Shown piece after piece: positions 14,101 to 27,594 of a DNA stretch of 64,000 bases. The stretch is from Pocillopora damicornis (Eukaryota), in contig NW_020843837.1 of the NCBI RefSeq assembly GCF_003704095.1, positions 310,001 through 374,000 of the forward strand. Direction: 5' to 3'. The stretch's first letter is position 1. Each line of letters opens with the position of its first letter. The notes below the pieces were generated by a model, which was not told the origin of the DNA, ran no database searches, and saw only the letters and a program-made list of their open reading frames with translations. The position numbers and the translations under genes were made by a program.

Positions 14101-17100
14101 TCACCCTGCCAAGATTGACTTTGGACGATAGTCCAAACAACTTTAAGGTAACCAATTTAAGGTTTGATGTGCTGTTATAATAAATGAAATTTCTGTTACA
14201 CTACGATTTATCAAAAATACAGCTGTTAATGTGGAATATCAAATCACTATTTCAAGTGTACATTACATGTACATGGTAGGTGCCAAATACAAATACATGT
14301 ACATCATAACTGAACACAAGATTTTGCAATAACTAGAAAAATCAACTCATCACTGTAACTCAAATGTCAGTAATAGGAAGCATTAAATCAAATCACATGT
14401 ACAGGTACATGTACCTCTCCTTCGCTCTGGGGGTGTTCTCACTGGTGGCTCACGTGCAGGCGGAGGTTCACTAGGAGGCTTCTTATCACCAGCTGCTCCC
14501 CGAGTTTTGGGTTGAGTCTGAGAAGCGCTGGTAGTTGCAGGAGTTGAAGCTGGAGTACTTGTCGCTGCTGTCTCAGGGGCAGTGCTGGCTATTGGCGTCT
14601 GAGCTGGAGTGCTTGTCACTGTTGTAGTGGTAGATTGGGTTGACTGTGGTTGACTGGTTTGCTGTGGCTGAGCACGCTGTCCCTGTGGTCCAAAATGAAA
14701 TGACTGGCAAGGTAAAGATGGGTCAGGATGATTTGAGTTTGGTGTTCCTCCTCCTCCTCCTCCCATACCAGACATAAGATTCATGGACACAGCCCCTGGT
14801 AATCCCTGAGGTCTAGCTTGACCCTGTCCAGCTGTTGTACTCTGTGTTCCAGGTGTTGGCACTGGCGTGCTTGTTGCTGTTGCTGCTCCTTGGCCTGGTG
14901 CCTGGGATTGATTCTGAGCCACTGACATCCCTGAAGGGACCTGACCACCCTGGGCTGCAGCCATAGCAGCAGCCATGGAAGCTGGTACATTTGACACCAA
15001 TGCAATGAAGTCATCTACAATAATGCGAGTCCGGACACTGGGCTGAGAAGTCTGAGTTGATGTACTAGTACTGCTGTTAGTTGTACTGGCAGTAGCAGTG
15101 GCACCATTATTTGTGTCAGTACCAACTGATGACCTCTGCTCCCCAAAGGAGCTTGAAAAAGTCTCTCTTGCAGCACCATTATCTGCACTAGCACTCATCC
15201 TTGTACCACTTGTGGATGTTGTGGATGGTGTAGACAGACTGTTGACTGGTGCAGTGGTGCCTGGATGTGACACATTTGATATGATGGTGGTCAATGAGAT
15301 TCCACCTTGAGGATTCACATGGATCCTCAAATTCTGATTGGTGCCCAATGGTATCTGCGGGGTACCTGGTGCAGCTTGGCTGGTCTGTGCTGTTGGGGAG
15401 CTTGCAGCAGGTTGCTATGGGGTTAAAATAAAGAATAAAACATGCAGGTTTGTGATCCGATCAACTGCTGTACAGCTGAGATATACATTGAATGAACTTT
15501 GCTAAAACTAACATTAGTCTTTGGTTTAATGTTTATTATGGGGGCATTCAGTATAGATTGAAGGTAAGGACAAGAAACTGAACTCACTTACATGTATGCC
15601 ACATAAAGAGTATAAAATACAGTTATGATAAGATCTCTATTAAACAATAACATATGGAATAACTTCCTCTGTTTCCAAGATAGAACCACCTATTATACAA
15701 GAGATTGAAGCAATTTGCTTCCATGATGCTATCTTGTAATACAGGATTGATTTTTACAATACAGTATTTCCAAAACAGTAGCTGTAATAGAAAGATTTTC
15801 CATCATTCCAATAAAGTTGGAGTTGAAAGTGAAGGGGGGTGGGGTGTTTGGGGAAAATAAAAAGCCAAACTGGATGAAATCTTTTAAGCATTGATTCTGC
15901 ATCAATTGTATAAGATGAAAATGGGTTAGTGCTCCTCATACAGCAGTTTTATCCAAAGTTGACTAGAAAGTCATTAGCCCTGAAAGTATACCAGACAAGT
16001 GTAGCTTACACTTTTAAGTTAACCACACAATCACCATGCAATGAAATTCAATGGACATTCCTAAATACCTGAGCAGGCTGAGCCATAGGATTTGGTATCA
16101 TCTGAGGTGCACCAACAAAGCTTGACAACATTGGCACTTGTGGAATATGTGGAGATAGTGATGTGAGCACACTTGGCCTTCTTGGTTCAGGACCACGGAA
16201 ATTGAAAGTAAGATCTGACAGAGCATGGTAAGCATGACTGAGGTTGTGGAATGCTTCAGCCACTCTATCCGGTAAGGTGTCTTCAGAAGCATCTAAGTTC
16301 TTTAAAACCAAAATAAATTCTCAGTTAGGAACATCTACACTGGATTTCTACTTGGTATCTTACAACTGAGTTGATAACATAAATTGACCACCATAAAGAG
16401 TTTTAGCCATTTGTCTCTAACAAAGAGTTAACTTCCTAAGCATCAGCTTTATAACCTCTTTACCCACCAAAATAAATTTATAATACCCCCCACTGATGCA
16501 GCACTGCAGTTTCCTTAGAATCTTATCCCCTCCATTCAGGATACCATCAGTTTTCTACCTTCCCAGGGGCAAAGTTATATATGCAGCACGACTGCCTGAC
16601 CCCTAGAACCAATTTTCAGACCTGCTTAAGCTTTCATTGATTGAAATCCACAGTTTCTTAGCAAAAGTTAATTATTTATCTGCATAACTAACTTCCAAAG
16701 AACCTTAATGTTTAAAAAGAATACTATAGAACTTAAAAATTGAAATAACTGTACCTCTGGAGAGTTGGAGTCTAGAAGAGAAGCATATCTGTCTAATACT
16801 GTTTGCATTGAAGTCATGGAGTCCCTTGCATCCCTTAAGACTTCTGCCAAGGCTGCAGGACTGTTAAAAAAAAAAAAGTTACTGTAGACACAATCAAAGC
16901 AAAATTCACAACCAAGATGATGATTGTGAAGCTACATGTATGCACAGTTGAGCAGTGTACTGAAATTGAAAAATGACTATTTCAGAGAGGTCTTTGTCAG
17001 GTACTGGGTTCAGTACCCTTGATAAGGAATCTCAATGACTAATCAAAACTCAGGAGCATAGCAAATGCTGCCCATACCTGGAAAGGTTTGAAGTTTGGCT

Positions 17101-20100
17101 GCCAGTTTCTGTTGAGGATCCTTCAGCTTGATTGGTATTTGCAGTATTTGGTGTTTCTGATGTATCCATAGGAAGAACTCCATCTCCCTAAAATATTTCA
17201 TGCTATATTTCAATCCTCAAGTCATTTAACTAGATTGGAGAATCCCAGTCAACAATATATTTCATAGTCTAAACATGATGAGTACTACTGCACCTCAGAT
17301 CTGTTCAGAGAATTAGATGCAGCTCTCATGAAATGTCTTGCCCTATTAATCCTCTGTGATACATCATTTCCAGGCTGAAAGTAAAATATATTTATGCACT
17401 TTAGATACTCTTCCAATGTAACAACACTATAAATACACGTACACCTGTGTAGTAATGAACATACATTGTAATGTTCAACACCACGTTACAGAGACCACAC
17501 AGATTTTCATGTAACCAGTACCTTACATACAGTAATAACACATTTAATATGAACTTTAGGTGTCATTTATGAGGACATTAAACACTGATACATCCACATA
17601 CATATATACAAAATTACTGTGCCAACATTAATTTTCTTGTGAAAACATTATCCTTTTAGGCTGTACATAATAAAATATGATGATAAATTAAAAAAAAAAA
17701 CTGGAATAGAGCCAGAACTGTAGGACAAGCAGAGATTTCAAACCAGAGAACCATGCAAAATAAAAAGAGCCTAACTATGTATTCATGCATGTACATGTAT
17801 CTCTTGCATATTCTAACAGTTAAGTAACATCTAACATCTTCTGCTCATTAAAAAAATTCCAAGGAACCTCTGAATCATGGCTGCTAATACTCATGTTACA
17901 CATGTCCATGAATGTCTGATTCAGTCTCTGAAGGATAGAAGCTATAGGTTGCTGCAGATTAGTGGTAGTTCCTGAACAAAGACTCCATGTGACTTGATTT
18001 GTAAGTTTAAATACAGTGTACTGTGTACACGTACTCTCTAAAAAGAATTTTTAATGGAATAAATTGATTGCATGTTGGCTTTTGTATTTTACCTGAGTTG
18101 TGGCTTGAAGGTTGATGTGAACATTCACTGAAGATCCATCATCCTGTAAGGAAAAGTCAACTACTTACACACAACCATCAATTTCAATCTACATTAATGA
18201 TCATCAATCATTAACCCTCCCAAGACATGATTATTAACTCCTCTCCTAAGTAGCTACATATTTTCTTGTAAATTAGCTATAAGAATTTGGTGTTAGATCG
18301 AGTGAACAACTTTTACCACAATAAGTTTAAGTATTCTCATCACATGTTTGCTGGACAATGTAGGGATTTTGTATGGAAAAGTTTTATGTTAATCACCTCT
18401 GGGACTCAAAGGGTTAGAGCATGCAATTTTTATCTCAAATAGAGTCTAGGCTGACTCAAAACAATGATGGCAGCCTTAGTCATAGACAAGCATTCTCACA
18501 ATAACTGTCCCACAGTTCATAGGCACTTACAGATGATGTGGTACTGATATTTGCTTGGGCAGAATCCACTCCCAGCTGATTGACAAGGCTCTGAACAATT
18601 TGCTAAATAAAAAAATAACAAAAATCTGTTTCAAGTCTGGTTAAAATCAATTACTCAGGTAATAAACAATTTCTCAATATTAGTTTTGGCAGACTATTTA
18701 TTGCAGTATACAACAAGCTGAAGCAATATTAATTAATACCTATTTTAGGCCTGGACTGTAAGTAAGAAAAACACATTACATGTACTTAAATAGTTATCAA
18801 AGCACTGATGTTTTCTTCTATAAAGATTGGCCACTTAACCTTTATTCAAAGATGAGCTTCATGGTCAGCAGTAAACAAAGTGTTACAAAATTGCAAAAAG
18901 AGGTCTTTATCTTTTAACTGAAGCCAAACATTTTATGATTTTAAGTTGCCAAAAAGCATCCTAGAAAGGATTAAGTATGTTCTATCAGTGTATAGCTGTG
19001 ATACACAACATAATGGTTGATTAGTATCATCTACAGAAAACTTTGCTTGGTTACCTGAGTAGCTCCTACTACATCAACTGGCATGGAAAATGCTCCCATA
19101 ACAATGTTAGGGCCGACTCCAAGAGGCAGGCTTCCTGATGAACTGGTAGATGTGCTGCTAGAGCTATTGGGGCCATCTGACAAACACAAAATTATAATAG
19201 TATAAAATTCAAATAGTCTGACTGGAAGAATCAAAACTGTTTTGATGTTCATGTTTTAGTTCAGATTAAATTTCAGTAAAAGTGACTCCAAATTAGTTTG
19301 ATTTGTCTTCTTTTGTTGGAATAGATTGCAATGATTCTTACATGCATACATGTACAAAGGAAAAATACTAGTCAAGCTACAACTGCACTTGTAAATTTGA
19401 AATAGTGATATTAAACTGAATTAAATTTCAAGCTGCAACATACACATAAACATGCAATTTTCCAAACCTAGAGAACTTGCTCCAAGAGGTGGAGGTTTCC
19501 TTTCAACCAGGTGAATTACGCAACCATCAACACCTGTTTGATGAACAATTACCATAAATATCATTACATTCAAGTAAACTGTTCCTAAAGGTACACATTA
19601 CAGAACATAAGTTGCATGTAGCAGTTTGTTTATGCATTAAGCGTATTCCCCAGTTAATTCCGCAAACATGGAAAGACAACAGCACAGGTGCAAATGAACA
19701 AGGTACCATAGCAAAAACTGAAACTTGTTCAGCTGATTAAAAAATAAACCTCAGTTCATTTTGAAAACCAATGAAATATTATTTGTTTATGTGCGTAATT
19801 TCACTTGCATGCTTTTTAAGCAAGTAAATAAAGTGTTTAAATTTACTGTACATTGTGGTAATCTTGTGCTTCAGGAATGACTGAAATATGATGACATATT
19901 ACATTTACACATTAAGAGTTCAGATACATGTAATCACCTCATATGGTTCCTTGCATGCACATCTGCATAACTGTACATGTAATAAAAAAATATAATTACC
20001 ATATTCTGAAAGCTTCTTATCATCCTGCAATACCTTGCCTTTGAAAATAAGTCTTTGCTTGTCAGAGGGTATATTCTGAGAAACGAATGATACGACACGG

Positions 20101-20912
20101 TACATTGCAAAACTGTACACTCAAAGAAAACTGCATGATTAAACATAGTATGTACAAATGTTAACCACCATGCACTTTTCAGGAAGAGAAATGAAAACGT
20201 CTGATATGGAGCTTCGCAACCGAATGAGGAGACCGGAAACTTATGCAACCTATATTTCAATGATATGCAAAAAATGACTTCCTTGTTTAAGTACTTCTAC
20301 AGTAACGGAAAAGCAATAATTTTAGGAACGTTTTCCTTGTCATAGAGAACTTTTTAACTGGGAAATTACAAATTTGAAGATGGTTTTTAAGTAGCACTCC
20401 TTCACACCTATGTTTTCCGTCATCGTGACCAACAACGCTACGCCTTTGCACGAGCTAGGCAGCCATATTGGCTTTAGTGTCATTGCATTTTCAGTTTTCG
20501 CTTACCAACATTTCTACCAGCAGCTCGCACACAAGTTACAATAATACTCACCACATCGGAAGCAATTTGATCCTTAAAGTCTTTCACAGAGGACTGTCGA
20601 GGAAAAAAATGGATGAAATTGAAACGCAATTCGACTTCTTTAAATCATTGAACCTTCGAACTGAATTTAACACAACAACCTAAGCTATAAACAAAGAACT
20701 ATAAAAGCAAAGTGTAAAAGGAACTCTTGTATGATAACACAGAAATTCTACAGATAAGAGAAGAAGACAGAGCCACAGAACTGCGGGAAAGAGACGACAA
20801 AACGACCAGAACGCTGTGATTCTGTACCGACTACATTAAATCGTCTCACCTCCTCTGAAACAGTGAAAACTTTTGTTTGCGAATCCAGCGTCTTCACGGA
20901 CACCTGCATCAT
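4313..20912 (-). CDS. BAG6: Large proline-rich protein BAG6 (BAT3/Scythe), about 26 exons
   Basis: The N-terminal ubiquitin-like domain is split over exons 20912-20850 (MMQVSVKTLDSQTKVFTVSEE), 20593-20552, 20075-20000 (NIPSDKQRLIFKGKVLQDDKKLSEY) and 19533-19468 (GVDGCVIHLVERKPP). There is an AEAFHNLSHAYHALSDL motif at about 16200-16270 and a roughly 1-kb S/T/Q/P-rich exon at about 14414-15414. The conserved EWIPVITTDIVRQRRMPPQAPFSDAYVNGLPPKRRK lies at 5428-5321. The terminal exon 4473-4313 (...RLDKDTDYRPDRFPQTKDCF...*) matches the BAG6 C-terminal BAG-similar domain. Internal exons next to N-gaps are approximate. Confidence 0.93.
5075..5119. repeat. (ATC)n microsatellite at a BAG6 intron donor
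   Basis: About 11 perfect ATC units just downstream of the GT donor at 5121-5120. This produces the spurious poly-Asp in ORF 5003..5224. Confidence 0.9.
6453..6715. mobile_element. MITE with GAGCAATTTTCAATTGAG...TTCAATTGAAAACT inverted ends
   Basis: Terminal inverted similarity. A second diverged full copy lies at about 53183-53466 (same internal CAACCAATCAGA..AAAACTAAAA..TTCTCATTGGCT..TTCTGATTGG) and a 5' fragment at about 25921. Confidence 0.7.
7271..7298 (+). ncRNA. Minimal type I hammerhead ribozyme core inside the palindromic repeat 7244-7347 (BAG6 intron, antisense to BAG6)
   Basis: CTGACGA-A-GGGC(TAAC)GCTC-GAAA-CG-TC contains the CUGANGA box, a 4-bp stem II, the GAAA box and a GUC cleavage triplet. 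Stem I is mismatched in this copy. Confidence 0.7.
9822..9973. mobile_element. Tc1/pogo-like MITE remnant
   Basis: 5' TAGAACCCCGCTAACTCG is roughly inverted to 3' CGAGCAAGCAGAGTTCAACTGTA, with internal repeated TAACTCG motifs. The superfamily is inferred from the CTG-TA terminus. Confidence 0.5.
13597..13930. repeat. Minisatellite, about 61-62-bp unit, about 5 copies, in a BAG6 intron
   Basis: The unit ACAGATGCAAATTTTTTTAAACRGATRAGCAAACCACTTAAACRTTTTASCWAAAGCGTTAA is repeated tandemly without spacers, with alternating ACCAAA/AGCTAAA variants. Confidence 0.9.
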
Positions 20913-21240
20913 TTTCAGAAATCCCAGCTACTCCAGAAGAGTAGCTAAGCTTTATAAAGAAAGAGGAGCCGAGAAAAGTTTCGTTAAACGGCTATGTCGC
21001 GAAGCTTTCACTTTCAAATAGAGTTCTTAGTCAGAGTTCTTCAAAATGGCCGATAAAGTTCTCGTTTTAAATTCCATCACGATGGGTGGGGTGGGTGAGG
21101 CATAAGCAATAAATTGCGTGGTTACCTAAGCCCAAACAATCGGTAATATGGCGGCCAGTGCGCTTTCAGATTATTTTGCGAATAAATTTTCATTAAAAGC
21201 CGCCAAGATCTAGCATTTTATAGGGCAATGCTTTTTAGCA
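20913..21240. promoter_or_regulatory. Bidirectional promoter region shared by BAG6 and FBXW5
   Basis: The divergent start codons are 328 bp apart. The region is CpG-containing, with YY1-like CAAAATGGC (21042-21050) and AATATGGCGGC (21145-21155). A short upstream ORF lies at 21148-21213 on the FBXW5 strand. Confidence 0.7.
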
Positions 21241-24200
21241 ATGTCTTTTATCGGAGACGGAGATCACAAAAAATTATCCGTTCCCGGAGCTGTACCACAG
21301 TTGTTGGACGAATCATTAGCCAAGGCTTATTGGACCGAACTTCCTGACAATCTTCTTCTAGACATTTTTTCTTTCCTTTCTCCTAAAGAAGCCTTAAATG
21401 CTGGTCAAGTATGCCGCAACTGGTATCGGCTGTCCAAGGACGAGATGCTTTGGAAATCACTGCTCCAAGAAACTTTATTTCCAGACCGCACCAAGAAGAT
21501 CAAACTGAAACTTCCTAAGTCGGCGTCCTCTTGGTTAAAGGAATTTCAAAGAATCCACTACAAAACGCCTTTCGTGGAAAGTCAGATACTTGAAGAACAC
21601 ACTGATGAAGTCCTTCATGTAACCTTTTCTCATAATGGTCAGTTGTTAGCTTCAAGTTCCAAAGACTGCAGTGTAATTCTATGGCGCGTTTCCAGTTGTA
21701 CATGTGTCAGTATGGCGCAAAAGATTAATTTTCAGGAGCGTAATTGGGAATATGTTCAGTTCTGCGAGTTCAATGCAAGCGATACATTACTTCTTGTATC
21801 AGGAGTCAACAAGTTACGGCGTTTAAGCTATACAGGTAAGGGTTGTTTTTATTGAAATTCCAAACAATGTATGCTTTCGTTTTTATATTTTTTTCCTATG
21901 ATGGCTTGTTGCATAGGAAACCATTTTTTTCCTAACCCCCTCTTCCTTGCTATACTAGAAAGATCATGTGATGAATGCATGTAAACTCTACCCCTTCAGA
22001 TTCAACCGTAAAAATTTAACATGTTGGTTTTTCGGTCAATGAAGGGACAGTTGTACTATTTTATACCTGTACTCAGATAAGAAGGAAAAAAAAGATTTAA
22101 TTTGTTCTGTACCATTAGATACTAAACCTACATGTACATGTATGAACTTCTCACTGGTTATTTTGATACCCTTTTGATGCCCCAAAAGTAAGCTCTCTAG
22201 GAGAATAGACAGCTTGATCTTGGTCATTAAGTTAATTGTAGGCTAAGTGTCTGTAACCTACATCCTGCGTAGCCAAGGACTTGACTTGAGTTAAGGACTT
22301 GATTTTACATCTTCTTTAGTTCTGAGAATTTTATCTTGAATCAAAAAAATGTTCCCAAGTTGATATATTATGCATCATTTTTTCTGCTTGACAATATAAT
22401 AACATGTATGTTGTTAGGAAAAATTCCCTTTTATTTCTGTCCTTACTGGGAGTAAGATGGTTGGTAGGTTTAACCCTTTAACACCTATACACAATTAATA
22501 TGCAACTTCTCCCTATGTTATAAATACATTACTGAACAGCAAACACTGGTAATGATCTGCCACCAAATTCTCTCACTGATTCACAAGGAAATGTGTAGCA
22601 GTTAGAGAGGAGAATTAACAATGTGATCCTGAGGGTGAAAGGGTTTACCAAGGTAATTATTTTGTATCAGAGATTGGGAAATTTTCCATCAGCTACAGGT
22701 TGTGTACTTGTTGTGTACATATACACTGTTCACAGAATTCAAGAGTACATTTTGATACCCTGAACTTTTTGAGATTCACTCCCATGATCTAATTATCTAT
22801 TCTCTGTACTGTTTTTTCACACATTTCTCATGATTATGGCTTTGAGAATTTGATGCTTTATCAAACTCCAGCCTATAATCAATTTTCTCCTCGCTCCTTG
22901 TCACCTATCTGCTTAAAAATGTATTGATATTGAAGGAAGAAATTCCTCTTTAGTACCCTCTGCTACTACATTTCTTAATTTCAATATAAACCCACATGAG
23001 GCTGCCTTATGGTATGTATTCTCTTGCAGTGTTACTGAGAGAGTAAAGTGCCTTGCAAAGAGTCTGCAATCTCAGTTTTTATAGGTAATAATTACCATAA
23101 TTCTGTTTTATTCTTGTAGGTGAAATTTTCATTTGTGAAGTACAGAACTTTTCTGTGATTGCTTTAGTGCATGGTATAAACAATGAACCGTATGATGTGT
23201 TTGGAGCATGGCTTACAGAAAGGTGTTACATCTCAGGGACATTTGAATTTATGGAACCTGAAAATGATGGGTCATCAATCTCCGAGCTTTGGGCAAATTA
23301 TGTGGATGAATCAACAGAAAATCAAAGGAACCTCGCTCAAATTTTGAATCACAATTCAAGCTCTGTGAGGACGGTTCTAGTGGCTCACCCAAATGCTAAT
23401 GCTCTACCACACACATATGCTTCTGCAGCAAAGAAGAAAGATGAGGATGTCTGCCTGATATTTACACATGGAACTGTTACCTATGTCCCTCATCAGATAG
23501 TTTTTAAGTGGCTGAAATTACCAAAGGGCAGTACAAAAAAATTTGAGCAGGGTAAAGGAATTTCTTCTCAGGGGTATGAGCCTTTTACCAGGAAAGAGCA
23601 CTACATTGAAACAAATGCACATATAATCGGAATGAGCCTATCACCAGACCATCAGTATCTGTACGTGAATTGTCGCATGTGGGAGCAGCCAGCTGGCAAT
23701 GTTGTCGACGACGCAGCCCAATTTCCTCCAGAAATTTCCAATGATATTACCTTGCAGGTGTACAGCTTGTCCACATATAAACTTGTTGATGTCCACAGTG
23801 GCCATAAAGCATACACTGCAAATAATGGCTGTTTCTTTATTTTTTTGAATGTTGCAGACCAGTTGGTTGCAAGGTAAGTTAAAGAATTTAAAATATAGAT
23901 CAATTGAGAATTGCAAGATAAGAACAAACCTGAGTGTTCTTTGAGTATAAGATCATCTGACACAACATACGTATGCCACTAAGCAACAGAGAATTCATTC
24001 TTGTTGGAATAATTAAAGGTAAAATGAAGATGTTGGTGATAAAGTGGTTTCACTGGCAACACAGTGAAACGTACATGTGCCACAAGGATTAGATCATATC
24101 CAAAGCATTGACAAGGTTGCACAGTGTATACAGGGATGAGCCTTTGATGAGCTTAACCAATAATGTATTACCTTCACCATAATTTGCATGGCTTGCTAGC

Positions 24201-25245
24201 TACTCATGTGATAAACAAAGGATGTCACACAGTAGGCTGTACTGACAACATACACCTGTAGACTCAAAAACTTAATACACAGCACCATACTTTTCAACAA
24301 CATCCTTTCATTTCAAAACTTTAACAGCATAATACCACAACCCTAACCATAATCCAGCATAAGAGAAAGATTCTTATGCATAAACATAGTCATAAAGTAA
24401 TTAGTGTGGTGCAAGGAAAGAACACAAACTCCTATATGGAGGTCTTCAAATTTTACTTCAACTCTTGAATTTGAATGTGAAAGACAATAAACACTAGGAA
24501 GGGGAGGGAGGGGGTGGGAATAGATCAATTTTGGCTGGATCCCTGTCTGACCTCTCAGAATCCATACCTCATGAGAGTCTGTTCTGTGGCCAATCATAGA
24601 CCCCATCTTGTCACTTGTTGTCTATGCATCTATCTTACAAAGCATTTTAAGTGGGTCATTATAAAAATGAATTGACACATTCTGTTAAACTTTACTTTTC
24701 ACTTACAACAAAAATGTTCTGGTATGTTTGTCTACTATGAATATTTAAAAACATTACATTTTAAAATCCTTTCTCACCAAAATTTTCCTTCCCCAAAATC
24801 CTGAAAATGTTAGACCCCATCCTAGCAACTCTCTTGAAAATGTAACCCCATGGTAGTCGATCCAGTGGCAAAAATGCAACCCCATCCAGCGGCACATCCT
24901 CATTAGCCTATTACTGGGAAGTACACCCCCTCCCCCCTGATATAGAGATCACATAAGTTTTATTACTCTTTATTTTATAGTGGAGCAGAGGACCATTGTG
25001 CTCATGTGTGGGACAGACATTTTGGAGCCAAGCTGGCCACTCTGAAGGGACATACTAATGTGGTGAACTGTGTTGCATTTAACCCAGTTAATCAAGAAAT
25101 GGTGGTCAGTGCAAGTGATGACCACACAATCCGAGTATGGAAGTCGCGACATTTGTCTAAGTTGTATGAGGAAGCAGATCTGGAAGAGCAAAGTGGAGAG
25201 GTCAGCCCTTTCTATGAAGACATATTCCGCGAGACAGTTCTGTGA
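21241..25245 (+). CDS. FBXW5: F-box/WD40-repeat protein 5 (exons 21241-21835, 23120-23873, 24981-25245; about 537 aa)
   Basis: F-box (LPDNLLLDIFSFLSPKEALNAGQVCRNWYRLSKDEMLWK) followed by the FBXW5-typical EHTDEVLHVTFSHNGQLLASSSKD, FNASDTLLLVSGV, NEPYDVFGAWL, HIIGMSLSPDHQYLYVN, HKAYTANNGCFFIFLNV and SGAEDH..WDRH..HTNVVNCVAFNP. Splice phases 1 and 2 are consistent. Confidence 0.92.
24497..24938. mobile_element. MITE-like element with G-rich/C-rich ends in FBXW5 intron 2
   Basis: It begins with a G-rich run and ends GGAAGTACACCCCCTCCCCC, with internally repeated GACCCCAT/AACCCCAT motifs. Confidence 0.45.
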
Positions 25246-27594
25246 GCAGGATAAATTCATACTGAAAAACATTCAAACCATTACCTAGATCAACAAGCTT
25301 TTATTTCTTTTGGCAACGTATAATCACAAGCTGAGGTTTTTTTTAGCCATTGATCTGCACCTAAAGCATAAGCATTAGACATTCTTAAGGCAATAGTAAA
25401 TAAAAAAAAAAGCGCCTGAAGAGTCTTTTAACATTTTCTAGGTCACATGGGATACAAGAGGGGAAAAATTGTTGAGAAAACACTGAAAAAACGAGAAATA
25501 CTTTATAAAGATACTTTAAAGAACACAATTTTTTCCAGGCAGAGAAATGCTCGCTAAGATTTATGATAGCGCATCAGCTCTCTTCGCTGAATGTGAAATG
25601 TTTTTTGTCTTTCTTGTTTTCAAATTTATTACATTTTATTGAAGGAATAAAAGTGCTGATAATGAGAATGCAAGTTATTAATTAAATAAACCTGTAGGAT
25701 TCAAGTGACATTTATATTTATACGCCTGTTTGCTTTGAAGAATGAAAATAAATAGTTGGTAAACAGCGGGTAAAACATTGCGAGTTTGATGCATCTAGAG
25801 GTGTCATTGCAAAAAAAAAAACAAACAGAAAAAACAAAAAAACCAGGATTTTAAGACTCTTCTTAAAAACAGGATGTTGTTTGAGGCATGTTTGAATCGC
25901 GAAAACAGTAACTGGTTTTAAGAGCAATTTTCAATTGGCGATCGAAAGAAACGTGTGTGCTTTATTTTTGTTTTTTGTTTTGTTTTTGGTAAGGGTTTGA
26001 GGGTTTCCATCGGTTGCCAGGTACGTGAATGTTCCTTAACCATTCATTTAATCTGATTAAGAAACTCTAGATCAAATGCCGCCCTTGGTTGAACGCCCGC
26101 GGATGGAAGCAAAATTACCACTAACGGCTGCCTCGAATAAACCCGCACCATTTCAAGAGAATGCAATAATCAACATCATCCTGCAGTCCCTGGAAATTCA
26201 TATTGCGAAAAAAAGCGTTAAGTTGGAACTTTAAACAGGTTTCTGTTTCACATAATATTTAAAAGTGATTTGTTGTGATCGTTGTTAGTGGTTTGAGAAA
26301 TGTGACTTTGAGACAAACAACGCACGCGAATCACTGCCGCTCTTGAATTAACACTGCGTTGGAAACGCTTAATATTTAATAAACGCTGTGGCGTTAAATC
26401 TAGCTAATACGCGTATGTAAACTGGAGCTATTGAAAACGAGCTTACCCGGAGCTCTCATTTTTGCTGCTATGTTTTCATGATTTGTGTGTGGCCTTCAAC
26501 ATAAGTAAACAAGGTAGAGACAAATCGGTTTTCACCTATAGGTTACTGTTTTACTTTAGGAGTAAATAGTATATCGAAGCATCAATTTTACCACAAGCAT
26601 CAAATTTACCACAATTTTTAGTTCAACAGTTTGCTAACGTACTAAGAGATTACAATCTCTTCTAACGAACGCGTTTAACAACAAAATTTTATTAAGAACT
26701 TCTGATTGATATCTATAGTTACAAATAACTGAAATAAATCAGATCTTTAGCGAAGACACTTTCAGCGAAGTATCCTAATTTTACGGATCAATTTTCCATG
26801 ATTTTAATTAAGAATGTCAAGTCCAGTTTAATTCAGGAAACGCGATTAAACGCAAACTTTATCGTTCAAAATACAATTTTAAAAAACAAAGAAATGCGTG
26901 TATAATGTAAATTGCACGGAGAAACAAAGATTGCTTTAAATTTTGAGAAAGTTGTAAAAACACGCTTCTGTCTCCTATAATACCGACATGATTAATGCAT
27001 ACTTTAAATAGAGATCCATAGATTATAAAGTTTTGAACAGGAAAATGGTATGCGCAGCTGAGTTGAGATTAGCCTTAAAACCACGTAGCCGAGCGAAAAT
27101 CAAGTTGCATTGTGTTACGGCAAATGGCGCCAGTCAGTGGGGATATTCCGTAGTTATATTCATCTTTGTTACAGTTAACAATAAAGTAATCTTTTGACAT
27201 GTGTACATTGAAAACTGGTTCACTGGTAATTAATCATAACACCAGAAATTAATAGATTTAAGAGCGGTTAAACGTCCAAGAGTAGAATCTCAAAATAGAA
27301 TGATGACAGAAAAGTCATCTATATTAGAGAACCGAAAAAACTGTGCTCTACTCGATCAAGGTCGGTAATAAATTGTCTACGTGATGGCTAACAAATATAT
27401 GATTACACTTAGAAGAGGCGAAATCTCATCATTTCCCATGAAAGGCACTGTTTAAATGTGTTTTTGCTTCATTATGTAAGCGATACTACGATAATTGCAC
27501 TATGAGTTCTTACGATCGATTCACAGTTTCTAAGGGAACGAACTGCGTCTTAAAATTCATCGCCCGTGCAAAAGCGTAACACTCGGCGAGTAAG

